Source of the DNA: Demequinaceae bacterium
GTDB taxonomy: Bacteria; Actinomycetota; Actinomycetes; Actinomycetales; Demequinaceae
Direction: 5' to 3'
DNA: 32,000 bases
Assembly (NCBI GenBank): GCA_965250005.1
Contig: OZ252279.1
Location: 1,440,001 to 1,472,000, forward strand
The position numbers and the translations under genes were made by a program. The notes beneath the pieces are model-generated. The model searched no databases. It worked only from the letters and a program-made list of their open reading frames with translations, and was not told where the DNA came from. Each line of letters begins with the position of its first letter. Position 1 is the first letter of the stretch. Below, one piece after another: positions 7,124-15,822 of the stretch.

Positions 7124-8204
7124 ACGACGTGCGGCGTTCCAGACTCGAAACTAGTTCGTCGATATAGCCCGAAAGCGGTACGGGTACGCGCTCGGCCGCG
7201 ATGGATCTTGCCTGGCTCGCGTGATAGCCGGCGAGGGCAAGCGCGCGGGCACGCCCTCCAGACGCCGTCATTACTTCCCGAACGTCGGCGGCACCGGCGT
7301 CATCGAGTTCAGCATCTCCAACGAGTTCACGGATACGAGCGGCGGCGGAGTTCTCGGCCAGCTCGAGCGTAAGCCGAAGCAGTTCCGTGCGTTTCCCGCT
7401 CCGAAGGTCGGACAGGACGGATTTGCCGGTGACGTCCGGATCGCCGAACACGCCGAGATCATCGTCCGTGAGTTGGAAGCTCAGGCCCATGTGGGTCCCC
7501 AGGCGTTCGAGGTGAGTAACCATCGTGGGGTCGGCGCCTGCGAGTTGCGCGCCTGCGAGCAGTGGAACGACACACGTGTACGTTGACGTTTTGAGTTCCG
7601 AGACGAGCATCGGGCGCGACCGTTCAGGTGCGAGGTGGCTACCGTAGGCATCGAGAAGTTCACCCGCGATGGTGTGGCGGACTGCGCGCGTGACGAGGTT
7701 AAGGCAGGCGAGCCGGTGGTGGGCGGGCAGAGTCGCGCGCGCCACAAGATCGTACGCAGACGATATCGCGAGATCTCCTCCGAGGATTGCCGCGGCTAGC
7801 ACGGTGTCGTCCTGCTCTGCCTGCGACAGGGAGGAACCTACGACTTCCGAGCGGCGGATGCCGGCGACGTTGGGCTTGCCGCGACGCACTTCATCGTGGT
7901 CAATGATGTCGTCGTGAATCAGCATCGAAATGTGAAGCATCTCCGTTGCCGCCGCAACTGGGACAGCCGAATCGGGATCGTCACCTCCGAAGCCGCCGTA
8001 GGCGGCGATCATCAGAGACGGCCGCAAGCGCTTGCCGCCAGCAAACTGGCTTCCGATCGAGCGCCACAGGTTGCTGTAGTCCGTGCCAGCCGACGGCAGG
8101 CTCTCGACCGCCCGATCAATATGGCCCTCAATCGCAACGAAGACTTTGGGCAGCTGCGCGGCAACGAATTCGTGAAGCTGCGGCACGGTGGTGGCCTGAG
8201 GCAT
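7122..8204 (-). CDS. trans-Polyprenyl diphosphate synthase family protein (GGPP-synthase-like)
   Basis: The first Asp-rich motif is LIHDDIIDHD and the second is FQLTDDDLGVFGD. GKRLRP and KTSTYT motifs typical of the (E)-isoprenyl diphosphate synthase family are also present. Confidence 0.88.
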   Translation of the reverse strand: MPQATTVPQLHEFVAAQLPKVFVAIEGHIDRAVESLPSAGTDYSNLWRSIGSQFAGGKRLRPSLMIAAYGGFGGDDPDSAVPVAAATEMLHISMLIHDDIIDHDEVRRGKPNVAGIRRSEVVGSSLSQAEQDDTVLAAAILGGDLAISSAYDLVARATLPAHHRLACLNLVTRAVRHTIAGELLDAYGSHLAPERSRPMLVSELKTSTYTCVVPLLAGAQLAGADPTMVTHLERLGTHMGLSFQLTDDDLGVFGDPDVTGKSVLSDLRSGKRTELLRLTLELAENSAAARIRELVGDAELDDAGAADVREVMTASGGRARALALAGYHASQARSIAAERVPVPLSGYIDELVSSLERRTS

Positions 8205-8233
8205 GACGCTAGTTTATGTGCTGCTCGCTCCGG

Positions 8234-10252
8234 CTAGATGGACGGACTCGGGTCAGGGTCCGGATCGGGCTCCGGCCCCTTGGAAACCTCGATCGTTACG
8301 ACAGTCCCCTCGGCAACGACAGTGCCAGCAGTCGGATTCGATGAGACCACATTTCCGCTAGCGATGACGTCGGAAAAGACCTCCACGACCGTCGAGTCAA
8401 GATTCGAGGTGTTGAGAAGCGCGATTGCGGCTCCCTGAGTCTTATCTACGAGGTCGGGTACGGGGACGGTGACGACCGGAACCGCGACGTCGTACGTGAC
8501 CTCGGAGAAAACGTCCACAAGGCCGGGCTCGGGGCTTTGCGAGAGGATCTCGCCTGGAGCTGCGGCGTTGGTTTGAACCTCGGTAGGCACTCCCTTGAGG
8601 CGAAGGTCGAGGAGCCAGGCGCTGGCGTCTTCTTGATCGACGCCCACCAGGTCGGGGAGTTCAACCTTGCCGCTCGACACGTGAATCGTGATCTCAGTTT
8701 CGGGCCCAACGACGGAACCCTCTTCAGGCTCCGTACGCGTGACACGTCCTTGGTCGATGAACGGGTCCTCGTGGTCTTCGACAGAGGCGCTAACGGTGAG
8801 CCCTGCTGCTTCTATAGCGGCACGTGCAGCGTCTTCCGTCAAACCCCGGACGCTGGGGATCGTCAACTCGAGGGTGCCTGTAGAGACGTAAACCGTGATT
8901 TCGCTTCCCCGATCAACTTCAAACTCGGCCTCCGGTACGGTCCGGATCACGTGGCCCTCGGGAACGTCAGCGTGCGACTCGCCAGCAATGGCGGGCTTGA
9001 GCCCAAAACTCTCGAGAGTAGTGATGGCGTCTGCTTCTGCCGTGCCGACTACGTCGGGAACCGTGACCGTTCCCAGTCCACCGGGGCCATCGGTTCCGGT
9101 AGGTGTTGCTAGCTTGTACAGTCCGAAAATCGCGAGACCAGCGACGATCGCGGAGATCGTCAAGATCAGGGCATTGCGGATCTTCCGCTTCCGGTCTTCG
9201 GCCTCGTCAATGTATTCGTCAAACTCGTCGTCAGGAACGTGGCCGCCGGGCCTCACCGGGCCTCCAGGCCCCTGAGGCGCCATGACTTTGGTAGCGGGAT
9301 TGGTTCCGACGGCCGCGGCCGCGGCCACGGCCGTCGCACCAGAACCCGTCGCCGCCGACCCGACCTTGATCTGTCCCGTGGTCGGCACGAGCGCGGTTCC
9401 CGCCATGACAGCGTTGAGATCGGCGAGGAACTCTTGCGCGGTGGCGTACCGAGCATTGCGATCCTTGGCGAGAGCGCGCAACACCACCTGATCGAGCTTG
9501 GACGGGACGTCGGGAGCGAAGTCTGAGGGCTTGGGTGCGGCTTCGCGCACGTGCTGGTAGGCGACCGATACTGGCGAGTCACCTACGAACGGAGGGCGTC
9601 CGCACAAGAGCTCAAAGAGCAGGCAGCCTGCCGAGTAGAGGTCAGATCGGGTGTCGACCTCTTCGCCGCGCGCCTGCTCGGGGGACAGATACTGGGCGGT
9701 CCCCACGACGGCTTGCGTTTGCGTCATGGTTTGTCCGACATCCGCCATCGCTCGTGCAATTCCAAAGTCCATGACCTTGACAGCCCCGGTAGGCGTGAGC
9801 ATGACGTTTGCGGGCTTGATGTCGCGGTGGACGAGCCCCGCGGCGTGTGAGTACTCGAGGGCGCTGAGCACGCCGGTGAGGATCTCGACCGCTTCGTCTA
9901 TGGGGGCGGCGGCGCCGTCCTTGAGGATGTCCCGAACCGTGTGGCCTTCGACATACTCCATAACGATGAAGGGAACGGTTTGGCGCTCGCCGTTCGGGCC
10001 GGCGAATTGCTCTTCGCCCGTGTCATACACAGCGACGATGCTTGGGTGGTTGAGGCCAGCGGCGGCTTGGGCCTCACGGCGGAACCGTGTCTGAAATGAT
10101 GGGTCCCGCGCGAGGTCCGCGCGCAGAATCTTGATCGCCACGGAGCGCCCCAACCGGTTGTCGTAGCCGATGTGGACTTCGGCCATGCCCCCTCGACCGA
10201 TGAGATCGCCAACCTCGTACCGGTGGGCGAGCACCTGCGCATCCTCACTCAT
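8234..10252 (-). CDS. pknB: Ser/Thr protein kinase PknB with four extracellular PASTA domains
   Basis: Kinase motifs GRGGMAEV, VAIK, HRDIKPAN, DFG and GTAQYLSPE are present. A TM helix (ALILTISAIVAGLAIFGLYKL) is followed by four ~65-aa PASTA-like repeats and a PEPDPDPDPSPSI tail. Confidence 0.95.
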   Translation of the reverse strand: MSEDAQVLAHRYEVGDLIGRGGMAEVHIGYDNRLGRSVAIKILRADLARDPSFQTRFRREAQAAAGLNHPSIVAVYDTGEEQFAGPNGERQTVPFIVMEYVEGHTVRDILKDGAAAPIDEAVEILTGVLSALEYSHAAGLVHRDIKPANVMLTPTGAVKVMDFGIARAMADVGQTMTQTQAVVGTAQYLSPEQARGEEVDTRSDLYSAGCLLFELLCGRPPFVGDSPVSVAYQHVREAAPKPSDFAPDVPSKLDQVVLRALAKDRNARYATAQEFLADLNAVMAGTALVPTTGQIKVGSAATGSGATAVAAAAAVGTNPATKVMAPQGPGGPVRPGGHVPDDEFDEYIDEAEDRKRKIRNALILTISAIVAGLAIFGLYKLATPTGTDGPGGLGTVTVPDVVGTAEADAITTLESFGLKPAIAGESHADVPEGHVIRTVPEAEFEVDRGSEITVYVSTGTLELTIPSVRGLTEDAARAAIEAAGLTVSASVEDHEDPFIDQGRVTRTEPEEGSVVGPETEITIHVSSGKVELPDLVGVDQEDASAWLLDLRLKGVPTEVQTNAAAPGEILSQSPEPGLVDVFSEVTYDVAVPVVTVPVPDLVDKTQGAAIALLNTSNLDSTVVEVFSDVIASGNVVSSNPTAGTVVAEGTVVTIEVSKGPEPDPDPDPSPSI

Positions 10253-10303
10253 GAATGGTCCCGTGTCTCCCGCGTTGTCTGGTGTCGGTATCTATTGTGA
10301 CAT

Positions 10304-11275
10304 CTAGTGGGCAACCGGGGCTTCCCCGGGGTTGTCGGGGCGCGGACGCCGCGCTTTGGGTGCAATTGTTGGCGGCATTGCGCGAACGGGAGCGCCCCCG
10401 CGGTGACGGGGCGCGATCGACTGGGGCAGCGGTTTGTGGCGAAGTTTCTTCTCGGCGTCGGTGGGTAGTCGAAGGTTGACTAGGAGCGACGCGAGCACCG
10501 CGGCAGACTTGGGTCGCTTACGCGGATTCTTTTCCAGGAGGTCCATGATGAGCGCAGCGAGCCCGGGCGCGATGTGTGCGGGCAACGGAGGAACAGGATC
10601 ATTGACCTGCGCGATGGCGATGTCCACGGGATTCGGCGCGGTGAACGGCCGCTTGCCCACGAGCGCCTCGAACGCGATAATCCCGATTGCGTAGAGGTCC
10701 GACTGTGAAGTCGCGGACTTGCCGAGAGCAAGTTCGGGCGCGAGGTACTGGGCGGTTCCCATCACCATGCCGGTTTGGGTAAGCGTCGTTTGGTCCTCGC
10801 TCCGCGAGACCCCAAAGTCGGTGATCTTCACCAAGCCGTCCGGTTGAACCAGCAAGTTTCCCGGTTTGATGTCGCGGTGAATCACGCCTGCGTCGTGGGC
10901 AGCCTGAAGCCCATGGCACGTGTGCACGAGCATGGCAACCAGCTCGCGCTCGTCGAGAACCTTGGTTCGCTCGAGAATGTTGGCAAGTGACTCACCCTCG
11001 ACCAGTTCCATAACCATGTATGCACTGTTGTCGTGAGTTCCGAAGTCCAAGACCTGCGCAATGTTGCGGTGGCTCAGTGCCGCCGCATTGCGCGCTTCGA
11101 TCTCGAAGCGTTTCAAAAATGTAGCGTTGGTGGCGGCCTCGGCCTTGAGCACTTTGACAGCTACATCGAGCTCGAGCTCGTCGTCGCGGCCCCGCCAGAC
11201 TTCACCCATGCCGCCCGTGGCGAGCAGGCCGGTGAGTCGATATCTCCCATTGAGAAGCGTTCCGTCGGTCATCAT
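10304..11275 (-). CDS. pknA: Ser/Thr protein kinase PknA-like, short form without an obvious TM segment
   Basis: Motifs ATGGMGEV, VAVK, HRDIKPGN, DFG and GTAQYLAPE are present. The ~55-aa basic/Pro-rich C-terminal tail has no hydrophobic helix. Synteny matches Rv0015c. Confidence 0.9.
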   Translation of the reverse strand: MMTDGTLLNGRYRLTGLLATGGMGEVWRGRDDELELDVAVKVLKAEAATNATFLKRFEIEARNAAALSHRNIAQVLDFGTHDNSAYMVMELVEGESLANILERTKVLDERELVAMLVHTCHGLQAAHDAGVIHRDIKPGNLLVQPDGLVKITDFGVSRSEDQTTLTQTGMVMGTAQYLAPELALGKSATSQSDLYAIGIIAFEALVGKRPFTAPNPVDIAIAQVNDPVPPLPAHIAPGLAALIMDLLEKNPRKRPKSAAVLASLLVNLRLPTDAEKKLRHKPLPQSIAPRHRGGAPVRAMPPTIAPKARRPRPDNPGEAPVAH

Positions 11276-12756
11276 GACAGCCCTGCCTCTTCCCTTTCGG
11301 CCTCTAAGCGGATCGCCTCGAGCATGATCGCGCGCGCGATGGGGGCTGCGACTCGGCCGCCGGTAGCCTCGTCGCCGGCGTTGCCGCCGTCTTCCACCAG
11401 CACGACGACGACAACGACCGGGTCGTCTGCCGGAGCGAAGCCCGCAAACCAGGCGTGGGGGGCGCGTCCCCCGCCGGATTCGGCGGTTCCGGTCTTGCCT
11501 GCAACGCTGACGCCGTCGATCCGCGCAGCAACGCCGGTCCCGTCGTCCACCACGCCGACCATCATGTCGCGTAGGTAGTTTGCGTTGACAACGGACATTG
11601 GCCTACTGAAGATTGACGGCTTGGCCACGTCGATCAGGCGCAGGTCGGAGGAGCGAACATCAGCAACGAGGTACGGTGTCATGAGGATTCCGTCGTTGGC
11701 AATCGCTGACGTGACCATCGCCATTTGAAGAGGCGTCGCCCGCACGTCAAACTGCCCAATTGCCGAGATCGCGCTCTGCGGCGCGTCGGGGTTTTCGGGT
11801 AGCCGTGAAGCGGTCACGGGCATCGGAATATCGAGATCAGTGCCCCAGCCAAACTCGCGCGCCTTGCGTTCGATGGGTCCCCAACCCAGGTTGATGCCGA
11901 GATCCGCGAAGGCGGTATTGCATGACTGTGCGAGGGCGAATGCGAGGGTTGTGGTCTGGGAGCCCTCGTCGCATTCGGTGCCGCCGTAGTTCTGGATGGT
12001 TCTGTCCGATAGGGGCAGATCTAACTCCTGTGGGGCAAAGACTTGGGTATCGGGCGTGAAGCCAGACTCGAGGGCAGCCGCGGCGGTGACCAATTTGAAG
12101 AGGGATCCCGGCGCGTAAGTGTCGCCCGCGATCGCGCGGTTCACGAGCGGGTCTGCTGGGTCGTCAATCAGTGAAAGATAGGCGCTGTTGACTGCCGCAG
12201 TGCCGTGCGCGGCGAGTGTGGCGGGGTTGAAACTGGGGCTCGTGACCATCGCGAGGATCTCGCCCGTTCGGGGGTCGAGCGCAACCACCGCCCCCCGCTG
12301 ATTGGCGAGCGCATCGGCGGCCGTGCGCTGCAGGACACTCCGAATGGTGAGCTCAATAGAGGCGCCTTGCTGCTCGTTCCCCGCGAGGAGGTCGCCGAGC
12401 CTGCTCCAGAAGAGTTCGTCAGCCGCGCCACTCAAAAGCGAGTTCTCTGCGCTCTCGATTCCAGAACGCCCAAACACCACCGAGTAGTAGCCAGTCACGT
12501 GTGCGTAAAGCGGTCCATCGGCGTAGGTTCGCTGGTAATTGAACGAATCGTCTGTGGGGACTGAGTAAACGATCGCCTCGCCGTCGACAACTATCGGTCC
12601 TCGAAATCCGCCGTATTCCCGGTAGAGGGTGCGGACGTTGCGATTGTCGGCGTTGAGAGATTCTGACTGGGCAAACTGCACCCACGAGCTTGCCGCCATG
12701 AGCGCAAGGAACATGACGAGCGCGACTACGCTAAGCCGGCGAATCGGGCTGTTCAC
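11272..12756 (-). CDS. pbpA: Class B penicillin-binding protein (transpeptidase) PbpA
   Basis: An N-terminal TM anchor and the SxxK (SLFK), SxN (SCN) and KTG (KTGTAE) motifs are present. The GTG start overlaps the rodA stop (GTGA) and the stop overlaps the pknA start (ATGA). Confidence 0.93.
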   Translation of the reverse strand: MNSPIRRLSVVALVMFLALMAASSWVQFAQSESLNADNRNVRTLYREYGGFRGPIVVDGEAIVYSVPTDDSFNYQRTYADGPLYAHVTGYYSVVFGRSGIESAENSLLSGAADELFWSRLGDLLAGNEQQGASIELTIRSVLQRTAADALANQRGAVVALDPRTGEILAMVTSPSFNPATLAAHGTAAVNSAYLSLIDDPADPLVNRAIAGDTYAPGSLFKLVTAAAALESGFTPDTQVFAPQELDLPLSDRTIQNYGGTECDEGSQTTTLAFALAQSCNTAFADLGINLGWGPIERKAREFGWGTDLDIPMPVTASRLPENPDAPQSAISAIGQFDVRATPLQMAMVTSAIANDGILMTPYLVADVRSSDLRLIDVAKPSIFSRPMSVVNANYLRDMMVGVVDDGTGVAARIDGVSVAGKTGTAESGGGRAPHAWFAGFAPADDPVVVVVVLVEDGGNAGDEATGGRVAAPIARAIMLEAIRLEAEREEAGLS

Positions 12757-14135
12757 GCCGCCACCGCATCGTCTCGGCGCGCGCCGTCAGATATGCGCAG
12801 TAGCAGCGCAATCACGATCCAGTTAGCAAGCAGAGAGCTGCCACCGTAGGCCATGAATGGAGTGGTGAGTCCGGTCAGAGGTACGAGCCCGGTGACGCCT
12901 CCGACGACTATGAAGAGCTGGAGTGCCATCGTGAATCCAAGCCCCGCTGCGAGGAGTTTTCCGAATCCGTCTCTCGCTCCGATTGCGGTTCGCATGGCGC
13001 GCGAGACCACTATGAGGAAGAGCGCCAGGATCGCCATGAGTCCAGCGAGCCCGAGTTCCTCGCCTAGCGACGCGATGATGAAGTCTGACTCCGCGAACGG
13101 AACGAGGTCCGGCCGGCCTTCGCCGAGTCCGGTGCCAAAGAGCCCGCCGTTGGCGAGGCCAAAAAGCCCCCGTACCATCTGTTCCGAGCCACCTGTCACT
13201 TGCGCGTATACGTCAGTGTCGAGCGCGTGGAGCCAGGCGTTGTAGCGATCGCCCACGTGGGGAAAGATCATTCCGGCGCCCACCGCGCCGACGAAGAACA
13301 TCGTCACGCCGGTGAGCACCCAACTGAGGCGCTCAGTCGCGACGTAGATCATCGCGACAAAGAGGCCGAAGAACAGCATGGAAGTGCCGAGATCCTTCTG
13401 GTAGACCAGAACGGTGAGCGAGACGCCCCACGCAACAAGGATCGGACCCATGTCGCGCGGGCGCGGAAACCGCATCCCGAGGATTCTTGGCCCGGCGAGC
13501 GCGAGCGCGTCGCGGCTGGTGACCAGGTAGCCCGCGAAGAAGATCGCGAGCACGATCTTCGCGAGCTCGGCGGGCTGGAAAGAATTGCCGAAAACGTCGA
13601 TCCAAATCCGCGCGCCGTTCCGTTCGGCGCCAACAAAGGGAACGAACGGGAGCGCCAGCAGCGCAAGGCCGGCAACCATGGCAGTGTACGAAAACCGGCG
13701 CAAGACGCGGTGGTCTTTCAGGAGCGCAATTACCGTGATCGCGAGCACCATGGCGAGCACCGTCCAGCCGAGCTGACGGGTCGCAAAGTCGGTAGGGGTG
13801 GTTCCTGCTCGAGCAATATCAATGCGATAGATCATCGCGAGGCCAAGACCATTCAGCGAAATCGCTGCAGGAAGCATGACTGGGTCTGCAGCCGGTGCCC
13901 ATGTGCGCAGCGCGGCGTGAGCAGCGACCGCGAGAGCGATGGTGCCACCTCCGTAGACCCACACGTTCGCGGGAACACCGCCAGCTGCGTTATAGCCGAC
14001 GAGTGCGTACGCGCCCACGACTACCGCGATTGCTAGCGCCAGGAGAAACGCCTCCGCGCGCCGACTGGACGCGATTCGCACCTCCGCAACGGTGGCCACT
14101 AGGCCGTGCCCTCCAGGGCGTCGACCACTTCCCAC
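12753..14135 (-). CDS. rodA: SEDS-family peptidoglycan glycosyltransferase RodA/FtsW
   Basis: This is a polytopic membrane protein with the conserved FQPAELAK, LGEELG and TGLTTPFMAYGGSSL motifs. The start is uncertain. The ATG at 14135 overlaps pstP by 37 nt. The alternative GTG at 14099 shares one base with the pstP TAG. Confidence 0.9.
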   Translation of the reverse strand: MGSGRRPGGHGLVATVAEVRIASSRRAEAFLLALAIAVVVGAYALVGYNAAGGVPANVWVYGGGTIALAVAAHAALRTWAPAADPVMLPAAISLNGLGLAMIYRIDIARAGTTPTDFATRQLGWTVLAMVLAITVIALLKDHRVLRRFSYTAMVAGLALLALPFVPFVGAERNGARIWIDVFGNSFQPAELAKIVLAIFFAGYLVTSRDALALAGPRILGMRFPRPRDMGPILVAWGVSLTVLVYQKDLGTSMLFFGLFVAMIYVATERLSWVLTGVTMFFVGAVGAGMIFPHVGDRYNAWLHALDTDVYAQVTGGSEQMVRGLFGLANGGLFGTGLGEGRPDLVPFAESDFIIASLGEELGLAGLMAILALFLIVVSRAMRTAIGARDGFGKLLAAGLGFTMALQLFIVVGGVTGLVPLTGLTTPFMAYGGSSLLANWIVIALLLRISDGARRDDAVAA

Positions 14136-15322
14136 GCATCCTCGAGCGAGGACTTCTGAATCGCTGAACGAACGCGATCCTGCTCGAATGGCTCCAGGTC
14201 GTCGACGTCTAGCCCGGTTTCCGCGATCAGAGTCGACAGTCCGATCGGGCCGATCGTTTGCGGGATACCCCGATAGATCGCAACCTCACCGTCGTTCTCG
14301 GCAACGTAGTACTGTCCCTGAGTCCAGGAGTACGCGCCGAAGCTAGCGGCAAAGAGGACGATAAAGGCGCCAGCCGGGAGGGCCCATGGCCGAATACGCT
14401 CCCAGATGCGGACCATAGTCGTCCGCTCGGGTTCGCCTTCTTCCGGCTTGGTGTCCCGGAGCATCGCGGCTTTGGCAGCAGCGGTCTTGGCGTACCTTTG
14501 CTTAGCGACGGCGATGTCGGATTTGCGCTCCTTGATCGCCGCGGCGCCCACGACGGATGGAGTCATGGAGGGGCCGACTTTTCCAGGCGCCTTGTCGATG
14601 TCGACGACGTCGGCGACAATGCACGTCACGTTGTCAGGGGCGCCACTGGCCAGCGCGAGCGACAGTAGCTCGTCGGCGCAGTCGGCGGGATCGTCTACGC
14701 GCTTGAGAGTCTTGGAAATGGTGGCGCGGCTGACAACGGAGCTGAGTCCGTCCGAGCAGAGTAGCCATCGGTCGCCCGGCTTGGTCTCACGGGCCGAGAT
14801 GTCCACCGGGACGTCCGCATCGATGTCTCCGAGCACTCGCAAGAGCATCGAGCGCTTGGGGTGGTGTTCGGCGTCGGCTGCGCTCAAACGGCCCGTGTCC
14901 ACGAGGTGCTGGACGAACGAATGATCACTCGTGACCTGATCGAGTTCACCGTCCCGAAGCAGATACGCGCGGGAGTCGCCGATATGGGCCATCGCGATGG
15001 TGTGTCCCGAGCGCAAGATCGCCGTCACCGTGGTCCCGAGCCCGCTGAGCGAGGGGTCGTTCACTGCCCTGGCGACGATTTCCTTGTGCGCCTCGGCGAT
15101 AGCACCCTTGAGCTCATCGAGTGAGTCGTCTTGTCCGAGGACTTCGCCGTCAAGCACGGCGAGCCGCGCTACGACGATCGACGACGCGATGTCACCTCCC
15201 GCGGCACCGCCCATGCCGTCAGCGACGACCAACAGGTGCGGACCGGCGTAGGCCGAGTCCTGGTTATTTGAACGCACGAGCCCCACATCGGAGCGTGTTG
15301 CGAAGTTGAGTCCAAGGAACAT
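14099..15322 (-). CDS. pstP: PP2C-family Ser/Thr phosphatase PstP with TM helix and extracellular domain
   Basis: RSNNQDS, VADGMGG and LLCSDGL are PP2C metal-binding motifs. A TM helix (ALPAGAFIVLFAASFGAYSW) follows. Synteny matches Rv0018c. Confidence 0.93.
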   Translation of the reverse strand: MFLGLNFATRSDVGLVRSNNQDSAYAGPHLLVVADGMGGAAGGDIASSIVVARLAVLDGEVLGQDDSLDELKGAIAEAHKEIVARAVNDPSLSGLGTTVTAILRSGHTIAMAHIGDSRAYLLRDGELDQVTSDHSFVQHLVDTGRLSAADAEHHPKRSMLLRVLGDIDADVPVDISARETKPGDRWLLCSDGLSSVVSRATISKTLKRVDDPADCADELLSLALASGAPDNVTCIVADVVDIDKAPGKVGPSMTPSVVGAAAIKERKSDIAVAKQRYAKTAAAKAAMLRDTKPEEGEPERTTMVRIWERIRPWALPAGAFIVLFAASFGAYSWTQGQYYVAENDGEVAIYRGIPQTIGPIGLSTLIAETGLDVDDLEPFEQDRVRSAIQKSSLEDAWEVVDALEGTA

Positions 15323-15324
15323 AG

Positions 15325-15822
15325 TCAGTCCGCCAACTCGATAGAGGTTGCGCCCAGCCGGACAACGGAGCCGCGCTTGAGTTCAGTTGGCGCGGTCAAC
15401 TTGGAATCGTCAAGGTAGGTGCCATTGGTTGAGCCGAGGTCTTCGATCATCCATGTTCCGCCCTCGTCGTAAATGCGGGCGTGCTGGGAGGAGCAGTAGT
15501 CGTCTTCAAGTACCAATGTGGACCGGGGCGCGCGACCGATAGTCACGGGCGCCGGGCCTAGCGGAATCGACGTGCCCTGTAGCGGGCCCTTGACCACGGA
15601 CAAGTGTGTGGACTGCCGGGCTCGGCCCGCCTTGACGCCGGTGCCCGCCCGTTCCGGAGACTTCACCTTCGCTGGCTTGGATTTGCGAGACAGGCCGCGG
15701 CCGCGCGTCAAAACGCGGGTGCCGTAGATGTCGGCTCGCAGGACCGCAATCGAAGACAAGACGAGCGTCCAAAGCAACGCGAGGAAACCTAGGCGCAAGA
15801 GCGACAGCGAGAGCTGACTCAT
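15325..15822 (-). CDS. fhaB: FHA-domain protein FhaB/FipA (N-terminal TM + C-terminal FHA)
   Basis: An N-terminal hydrophobic helix is followed by the FHA signature GRAPRSTLVLED...SSQHARI...DLGSTNGTYL. It has an ATGA overlap with fhaA. Confidence 0.9.
   Translation of the reverse strand: MSQLSLSLLRLGFLALLWTLVLSSIAVLRADIYGTRVLTRGRGLSRKSKPAKVKSPERAGTGVKAGRARQSTHLSVVKGPLQGTSIPLGPAPVTIGRAPRSTLVLEDDYCSSQHARIYDEGGTWMIEDLGSTNGTYLDDSKLTAPTELKRGSVVRLGATSIELAD

Noticed and set aside
13200-14036. 278-aa plus-strand ORF antisense to rodA
   Set aside because: It is highly charged His/Arg/Asp/Glu low-complexity sequence (RDREHHGEHR). The opposite strand encodes a convincing SEDS protein.
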